From: an uncultured Candidatus Bathyarchaeia archaeon
Lineage (GTDB): Archaea > Thermoproteota > Bathyarchaeia > Bathyarchaeales > Bathycorpusculaceae
Assembly: GCA_964487415.1 (NCBI GenBank)
Contig: CAZAPQ010000126.1
Coordinates: 2,320-66,319, forward strand
Direction: 5' to 3'
Length of the DNA: 64,000 bases
Part shown: piece by piece, positions 58,332 through 64,000 of the stretch
Layout: every line of letters starts with the position of its first letter
Numbering within the stretch: position 1 is the first letter of the stretch
The notes under the pieces: generated by a model
Database searches by the model: none
Told to the model about the DNA's origin: nothing
Seen by the model: the letters and a program-made list of their open reading frames with translations, nothing else
Made by a program: the position numbers and the translations under genes

Positions 58332-59351
58332 ATGGATAAGGGTAAGGCTGAGAAAAAGTACTGCCTTGGAATTGAAAGTACGGCAGACGACTTTAGTGTT
58401 GGAATAGCCAGCTTCGAAGGGGAAATATTAGCCAATATTATAGACGCGTATGTTCCGCCAGAGGGTGGGATTCATCCAAGAGAGGCCGCGAGACATCATG
58501 CAGATGTTGCAGGAAAGGTTGTTGAAAAGGCCTTAAAAAAAGCCGAAATTAAGCCAGAGGATATAAATCTTATAGCTTTTTCACAGGGACCTGGGTTAGG
58601 TCCTTGTCTCAGGACAGGAGCTACAGTGGCTCGTGCATTGGCTTCATATCTCCGTGTTCCCCTTGTGGGTGTTAATCATTGTATGGCCCATATTGAAATA
58701 GGGAGGCTTACGACGGGCGCTAAGGATCCCCTTACGCTTTATGTTTCTGGCGGGAACACCATTGTTGCGGCTTTTGATTCAGGTAGATATAGAGTTTTTG
58801 GCGAGACATTGGATATAGCCCTTGGAAACTGTCTAGATGTTTTTGCAAGAGAGGCTGGTTTAAGGCCGAGGATGGGTAAACCCTTAGGAGCTATGGTTGA
58901 AGAGCTTGCTAGAAAGGGGAAAGTGTTTGCGTCCCTGCCCTACACAGTTAAGGGAATGGACCTATCCTTCAGTGGTTTATTGACTGCGGCTATAAACATG
59001 TTGGGGAAAGAGGTTTCGTTGGAAGATTTGTGCTACAGTCTCCAAGAAACAGCTTTCTCAATGGTTACAGAAGTTACGGAGAGGGCTTTAGCCCATACAG
59101 AGAAAAAGGAAGTCTTGCTGACAGGCGGTGTAGCCGCTAACAAGAGACTTCAGGAAATGGTTAAGTTCATAGCTGAGGAACACGATGCAAAATTCTGTGT
59201 TGTACCAAGCGAGTTTGCAATTGATAATGGCGCCATGATTGCATGGGCTGGCGTGCTCGCCTTTACCCACGGCATCACAACCCCCATTGAAGAAAGCTTT
59301 GTAAAGCTGCGGTGGCGGCTCGAGGAGGTTGAAGTGCCTTGGGTGAAATAA
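58332..59351 (+). CDS. kae1: tRNA N6-adenosine threonylcarbamoyltransferase Kae1
   Basis: LGIESTADD, GIHPREAARHH, NHCMAHIE, SGGNT, GGVAAN motifs. Confidence 0.9.
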   Translation: MDKGKAEKKYCLGIESTADDFSVGIASFEGEILANIIDAYVPPEGGIHPREAARHHADVAGKVVEKALKKAEIKPEDINLIAFSQGPGLGPCLRTGATVARALASYLRVPLVGVNHCMAHIEIGRLTTGAKDPLTLYVSGGNTIVAAFDSGRYRVFGETLDIALGNCLDVFAREAGLRPRMGKPLGAMVEELARKGKVFASLPYTVKGMDLSFSGLLTAAINMLGKEVSLEDLCYSLQETAFSMVTEVTERALAHTEKKEVLLTGGVAANKRLQEMVKFIAEEHDAKFCVVPSEFAIDNGAMIAWAGVLAFTHGITTPIEESFVKLRWRLEEVEVPWVK

Positions 59352-60055
59352 GTCAATGGCAACTAATTAAAAAGGGGGCAGAAGCTTGGCTATACCTTGC
59401 CAATTGGCATGGGAGGAAAGTTGTAATTAAAAAGCGTTTGCCTAAACATTATAGGACTCCTGAACTTGATGAGCGGATCAGAATTTATCGCACAGTTCAT
59501 GAGCCGCAACTTATGCATGAGGCCAAAAAAGCCGGAGTGCCAACTCCGATAATTTATTTGGTTGACATAAAGGAAGCCATGATTGTCATGGAATTTATCG
59601 AAGGCGATCAGGTTAAAAAATTGTTAGGTCTGGTCTCCCAAGAGGAGCGGGATAGGTTATGCTATGATATTGGCGAATTAATAGGAAAGCTCCATAAGAA
59701 TGGGATTATTCATGGGGATTTAACCACGTCTAACATGATACGGGACGCTGATGGCAAAATATTCTTCATAGACTTTGGACTTGGAGAGAAACTCAATGAA
59801 GTTGAGGCTAAGGGGGTGGATCTACATCTTATGAAACGGGCTTTACAAAGCACCCACTTCAAATTTGCAGACGAGTGCTTCAACGCCGTCGTAAGAGGAT
59901 ATTCAAGCATTTTAGATCATGCAACAGTGAAAGACGTTTTAGAAAAGATTAGGGAAATAGAGCGGAGGGGACGATATATTATCGAAAGAAAGTGGTCTCG
60001 CGAACCCTCTTGCGGCTCTGAGGAGGTTAGAAAAGGTTTTAAGCATTTAAAATAA
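59339..60055 (+). CDS. bud32: Bud32/PRPK atypical kinase (KEOPS)
   Basis: IKKGAEAWLY..VIKKR..IIHGDLTTSNM..FIDFGL; GTG start overlapping the kae1 3' end by 13 nt. Confidence 0.8.
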   Translation: MGEISQWQLIKKGAEAWLYLANWHGRKVVIKKRLPKHYRTPELDERIRIYRTVHEPQLMHEAKKAGVPTPIIYLVDIKEAMIVMEFIEGDQVKKLLGLVSQEERDRLCYDIGELIGKLHKNGIIHGDLTTSNMIRDADGKIFFIDFGLGEKLNEVEAKGVDLHLMKRALQSTHFKFADECFNAVVRGYSSILDHATVKDVLEKIREIERRGRYIIERKWSREPSCGSEEVRKGFKHLK

Positions 60056-60078
60056 TGTGAAGCTAAAAGGTGGGGTGA

Positions 60079-60675
60079 GTGGTGAACCCCCAATCCTGCA
60101 CTAGAGTTGTTTTCTTTGCAACAAATAATTTCAATAAGTTTCGTGAGGCCTGTATGGTTCTCAGAGAATTTAACCTATCTGCAGGCATGCTTAGGATAAA
60201 AACGTTTGAGATTCAAAGTGAAAGTCTGGAAGAGATTGCAAAGGCAAGTGTTCTGAAAGCCTTTGAGAAGTGTGGGATCCCAATTATGGTTGAAGATGCT
60301 GGATTGTTTGTAGAGGCTTTAAATGACTTTCCAGGACCATATGCCTCCTATGCCTATAAAACCATAGGTAATGAGGGGTTGCTTAGACTAATGGATGGTG
60401 TGGAAAATAGGAAAGCCAGTTTTCGATCCGTTGTGGCCTATTTTTCTTCGGAATTGAAATTTCCCATATGCTTTAAGGGGGAGATTGTTGGAGAAATAAC
60501 TAAAGAAGTTCGGAAAGGCTGCTCAGGTTTTGGTTTTGATCCCATTTTTAAGCCTCAGGGAAGCGATAAAACTTTCGCGGAAATGAGTGTTGAAGAAAAG
60601 AACATGTACTCCCATAGGGCTAGAGCCTTCAGAGAGTTCGCTAAATGGTATAAGAGTTTTAAGCGAATTGTTTAA
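60079..60675 (+). CDS. Non-canonical purine NTP pyrophosphatase (RdgB/HAM1 family)
   Basis: FATNNFNKFRE, EDAGLFVEALNDFPGPYAS, GFGFDPIF, SHRARA motifs. Confidence 0.8.
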   Translation: MVNPQSCTRVVFFATNNFNKFREACMVLREFNLSAGMLRIKTFEIQSESLEEIAKASVLKAFEKCGIPIMVEDAGLFVEALNDFPGPYASYAYKTIGNEGLLRLMDGVENRKASFRSVVAYFSSELKFPICFKGEIVGEITKEVRKGCSGFGFDPIFKPQGSDKTFAEMSVEEKNMYSHRARAFREFAKWYKSFKRIV

Positions 60676-60735
60676 GTTTATCGAAGATTTTAAATATACG
60701 CTTACATTCGCTCTTTAAAGCTAAAAGGGGTAAGT

Positions 60736-61176
60736 ATGCCTAAAAAGGAAAAGGGTAAATCACATCCGACAAGACCAGTGAGCAAACGTCCTCCAAGCTG
60801 GTGTAAATACCAACCTGAAGAGGTTGAGGCCCTCGTAATTAAGCTGGCGAGGGAGGGCAATCCTCCAAGTCGGATAGGGACAATTCTCAGGGATCAATAC
60901 GCCATTCCACTGGTTAAACCAATAACTGGGGAAACCATAACGGAAATTCTTCGAGAAGCGGGGCTTGCGCCGTCAGTGCCTGAAGACCTGGAAAACCTGC
61001 TTAAGAAGGCTGCTAGACTTATGGCGCATCTTGAAAAGCATAAGAAAGATTTTCATAACAAGAGAGCCCTGCAGCTTATTGAAGCAAAAATCCATAGACT
61101 TGAAAACTATTACAAGCAGGAAGGCATTTTACCTTCAAACTGGAAGTATGAGCCAAAGATGACCTCTATTGCCTAA
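60736..61176 (+). CDS. rps15: Ribosomal protein uS15 (S13e type)
   Basis: KRPPSWCKYQPEEVEALVIKLAREGNPPSRIGTILRDQYAIP. Confidence 0.9.
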   Translation: MPKKEKGKSHPTRPVSKRPPSWCKYQPEEVEALVIKLAREGNPPSRIGTILRDQYAIPLVKPITGETITEILREAGLAPSVPEDLENLLKKAARLMAHLEKHKKDFHNKRALQLIEAKIHRLENYYKQEGILPSNWKYEPKMTSIA

Positions 61177-61232
61177 TGGCTTTGTCATTTTGACAAAAAC
61201 TTTAGAAATTTTAAGCTCGCTAATGATTAGCT

Positions 61233-62684
61233 ATGTCCTCAGATAATCAGCAAATTTCAAGTTTCTTTGATGCAGCCTCTGCAGCTTCCCAGGCAATATT
61301 AGAGGCTGTTAAAAGCGGCGTTACAATCTACTTGTATTCTCACCTTGATGCTGACGGCATAGCTGCCGCCGGAGTGATTGGTAAGGCACTTTATAGACTT
61401 AATGCTAGATTCCGCATTAGGATAACTCAGTGGGTTGACGAGAAACTGATAAGCGAGATCTTTGAAGAAAAGCCTCAAATGGTCATTTTTATAGATCTTG
61501 GGACGGAATTTGCAAGTTTGCTGAAACAGAAAGTTTCAGATTCCAACTTATTGGTTTTGGACCATCATCAAATTATTGAAGTATTACCTGAAGGCTTTTT
61601 ATGTGTTAACCCTCATCTCTTCGGCATAGACGGTTCCAAAAGCATTAGCAGTTCAGGAGTTGCCTATTTCGTGGCGAAGGCTTTAGATCCGTCTAATGTG
61701 GATCTAGCCCCCATAGCGGTTGTTGGTGCTCTTGGCGACCTGCAAGATAAGTATGAACAAAGAATGCTTGGCGGGTTGAACCAGAAAATAGTTGAAGATG
61801 CGCAGAAGGAGGGGCTGTTAACTGTTGAGAAGGATTTGCTGTTCTTCGGGAGGGAGACTCGTCCCATACATAAGGCCCTAGCCTCCACAACAAGCCCTTT
61901 TATACCAGAAATAAGCGGCTCTGAGGACAAAAGCCTAGACTTCCTTATGAAGCTCGGTATCCAGCTTAAACATGACGATAAGTGGAGAGCCTTAAGGGAT
62001 CTTTCAGAAGACGAGAAGAGAAAGATTTGCTCAGCCCTTGCCGATCATCTCCTATCCAAGGGTTTGCACTGTGAAGTGTCAAACCTTATAGGCTATGTAT
62101 ACACTTTAACCCGCGAGTTGCCTTGGACTCCAACTAGGGACGGACGAGAATTTGCAGTTTTGCTAAACGCTACTGGACGCATGGATAAATCCGGACTCGG
62201 CGTGGCCATATGCATGGGAGACAAGGGTTCAGCCCTGGAGGAAGCGAACAGGGTTCTTGAAGACTATAGACGCAATATTAACAGGTATTTGAAGTGGATT
62301 ATGGAAAAGCCTGAGAGACTTAGGGAGATGGAAAATATATATGTGGTTTATGGTGAAGACTTTGTTGAAGATAAGATGATTGGCGCGGTTTCATCAATAT
62401 TATCAACAAGTCTCCCGAATACAGAAAAGCCCCTCATAGCTTATACCAAGGCAAGTGAAGGGAGGTTAATGAAGGTCTCTGCAAGGACCACCGATATGGT
62501 GGTTGGCAAAGGGGTTAATCTTGGAAGGATTATGCAAATTGCTGCTGAAAAGTGTCTTGGCAAAGGCGGCGGCCACGATATAGCTGCTGGAGCCCAGATT
62601 CCCATCGAGAACATCGACCTTTTCATAAGGCTTGTAAATGAGCTTGTGGGCAAGAGCCTGGCGGGCGGGGATATTGGAAGCTGA
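61233..62684 (+). CDS. RecJ-like DHH/DHHA1 phosphoesterase (archaeal RecJ/Cdc45-GAN family)
   Basis: HLDADGIAAAGV, VLDHHQ, GGGHDIAAGA motifs; 483 aa; directly downstream of rps15. Confidence 0.75.
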   Translation: MSSDNQQISSFFDAASAASQAILEAVKSGVTIYLYSHLDADGIAAAGVIGKALYRLNARFRIRITQWVDEKLISEIFEEKPQMVIFIDLGTEFASLLKQKVSDSNLLVLDHHQIIEVLPEGFLCVNPHLFGIDGSKSISSSGVAYFVAKALDPSNVDLAPIAVVGALGDLQDKYEQRMLGGLNQKIVEDAQKEGLLTVEKDLLFFGRETRPIHKALASTTSPFIPEISGSEDKSLDFLMKLGIQLKHDDKWRALRDLSEDEKRKICSALADHLLSKGLHCEVSNLIGYVYTLTRELPWTPTRDGREFAVLLNATGRMDKSGLGVAICMGDKGSALEEANRVLEDYRRNINRYLKWIMEKPERLREMENIYVVYGEDFVEDKMIGAVSSILSTSLPNTEKPLIAYTKASEGRLMKVSARTTDMVVGKGVNLGRIMQIAAEKCLGKGGGHDIAAGAQIPIENIDLFIRLVNELVGKSLAGGDIGS

Positions 62685-62922
62685 AATAATAATAAGTTAC
62701 GATGACGCTAAAATAGCTAAGGCTGTGGCAGCCGCAGTTTCGCCGGACAACTCCCAGGCACCACCAGGCTTATTTGTAAAAACTGAAAGGCAGGGAGACA
62801 AAGTTCTGACATCAATAAGGTGCGAGGGAGAGCTACCAACATTTATAGCAACCATTGATGACTTGTTGTCTTCAATTTCGGTTGCTGAAAAAACCTTGAA
62901 AATGTTAAGGAAAGTTATATAG
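62674..62922 (+). CDS. pcc1: KEOPS subunit Pcc1
   Basis: The TTG start gives MEAEIIISYDD..AKAVAAAVSPDN..LTSIRCEG..LPTFIATIDDLL. Overlaps the recJ-like 3' end by 11 nt. Confidence 0.7.
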   Translation: MEAEIIISYDDAKIAKAVAAAVSPDNSQAPPGLFVKTERQGDKVLTSIRCEGELPTFIATIDDLLSSISVAEKTLKMLRKVI

Positions 62923-62972
62923 CCGTTTAAAGTTTTTAAGGCTAGGGCAGAAGCAGCTAAATTGTGAGGAAA

Positions 62973-64000
62973 ATGTTAGACATAAAGCTGATTCGAGAAA
63001 ATCCGGAAATGGTTAAAAGGAATCTTGAGAGAAGAGCTGATCCTGAGTTTCTTAGCATGCTTGACGCTTTACTTGAGAATGATAGGATTTGGCGGCAGAA
63101 ACTAACAGAACTAAACAATCTTCGAAGGGAAAGAAACCAAATAACAGTTGAGATAGCAAAAGCGAAGAAAAGGGGCGAAAGAATTGACCAGATTCTATTA
63201 AAAGCACAGGAAATAGACGAAAAAATTGCCGATCTAGAAAGGCAGGTGGGCACATATGAAGAGAATGTGCGCTACTATCTTATGAGGCTTCCAAATCTCC
63301 TCCATGATTCAGTCCCAACCGGGAAAAGCGAGTCTGACAATGTGGTCGTTAGAACATGGGGTGAGATAAGAAGATTTGATTTTCCCATAAAAGATCATAT
63401 AGATCTTGGGCTGAGCTTAGGTATATTGGATGTGGAAAGGGCTGGAAAGATTTCTGGCGCGAGGTTCTTTTACTTAAAAGGTGCAGGGGTTCTTTTGGAC
63501 CTAGCTTTAATAAACTTTGCTCTTGAAGAGCTCATCAAAAAGGGCTTCATCGCAGTTGAACCTCCATTTCTCATGAGGCGAAAGCCCTACGAGGGTGTTA
63601 TTGCGCTTAGCGATTTTGAGGAAAACCTATACAAAATCGAGAATGAAGATTTGTATCTCATTGCCACATCAGAGCACCCAATTGCTGCAATGTACATGAA
63701 TGAGGTTCTGGATGAGTCGGATTTACCCCTAAAATTTGCCGGGATAAGCACCAATTTTAGAAAGGAGGCTGGGGCTCATGGAAAGGATACGCGGGGAATA
63801 TTTCGAACCCACCAGTTTAATAAGGTTGAGCAGTTTATCTTTTGCAAACCTGAAGATTCATGGGACCTGCATGAGGAACTGGTTAGGAATGCTGAAGAGC
63901 TTGTGCAGAAGTTGGGCTTACCATACAGGGTTGTAAATGTTTGCTCAGGCGAAATTGGAACGGTTGCTGCGAAAAAATATGACATTGAAGTCTGGATGCC
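62973..64000 (+). CDS. serS: Seryl-tRNA synthetase (3' end outside the window)
   Basis: Absent from the ORF track because no stop is reached. ATG 62973: MLDIKLIRENPEMVKRNLERR.. coiled-coil arm, then class II motifs (FYLKGAG, TSEHP, FRKEAGAHGKDTRGIFRTHQF). Confidence 0.9.
   Translation, partial: MLDIKLIRENPEMVKRNLERRADPEFLSMLDALLENDRIWRQKLTELNNLRRERNQITVEIAKAKKRGERIDQILLKAQEIDEKIADLERQVGTYEENVRYYLMRLPNLLHDSVPTGKSESDNVVVRTWGEIRRFDFPIKDHIDLGLSLGILDVERAGKISGARFFYLKGAGVLLDLALINFALEELIKKGFIAVEPPFLMRRKPYEGVIALSDFEENLYKIENEDLYLIATSEHPIAAMYMNEVLDESDLPLKFAGISTNFRKEAGAHGKDTRGIFRTHQFNKVEQFIFCKPEDSWDLHEELVRNAEELVQKLGLPYRVVNVCSGEIGTVAAKKYDIEVWM

Noticed and set aside
1-64000. Genome-wide reassignment of TAG to a sense codon, prompted by the two in-frame TAG cases (thermosome/rpoK and the membrane protein).
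   Set aside because: TAG ends many well-defined genes at the family-typical C-terminus, including metK, truD, ef1b, fen, pcm, the eS26 gene, the GPN-loop GTPase gene and the CDP-alcohol transferase gene. It is therefore an ordinary stop codon here.
1-64000. A search for tRNA, rRNA, CRISPR repeats and IS, integrase or transposase genes.
   Set aside because: I found no GGTTCGAATCC-type T-loop with a matching acceptor stem, no GC-rich structured gap over 250 nt, no regularly spaced direct repeats and no recombinase-like ORFs.

Overview
The window reads as a dense (about 90% coding), two-strand housekeeping segment of an archaeal chromosome. I found no rRNA or tRNA genes, CRISPR arrays, transposases or integrases. 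Ribosomal proteins eS25, eS26 and eS17, an archaeal histone, separate kae1 and bud32 genes, a TFE-beta/RPC34-like protein, a thermosome, CDC48, FEN1, archaeal-type SAM synthetase, Pth2 and aEF-1beta together suggest a TACK-type lineage. An acyl-CoA dehydrogenase/EtfBA operon would fit a Bathyarchaeia-like organism, but that assignment is inference only. About 80 CDS are listed. Product calls come from motifs I recognise in the translated ORFs, not from a database search. Many genes overlap by a few nt or share convergent stop codons. Several appear to start at TTG or GTG behind a GGAGG Shine-Dalgarno, so I moved some starts relative to the ORF track. The main finding is that the protein-L-isoaspartate methyltransferase gene (pcm) is split by exactly 31 nt inside its conserved SAPHMVAIM motif. 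That insert folds into a 4-bp helix flanked by two 3-nt unpaired segments on opposite strands, which is bulge-helix-bulge geometry. Cutting by the archaeal splicing-endonuclease rule would restore both the frame and the motif, making this a candidate pre-mRNA intron in a gene not known to carry one. Two further anomalies are rpoK, whose conserved N-terminus has no canonical start codon and lies in frame behind the thermosome TAG stop, and a polytopic membrane-protein ORF interrupted by one in-frame TAG. Other observations include a GMP-synthase-like PP-loop ATPase with a tandemly duplicated C-terminal module, coupled to a small PUA-like ORF, and a few uncharacterised ORFs. I see no defence island or other clearly accessory system.
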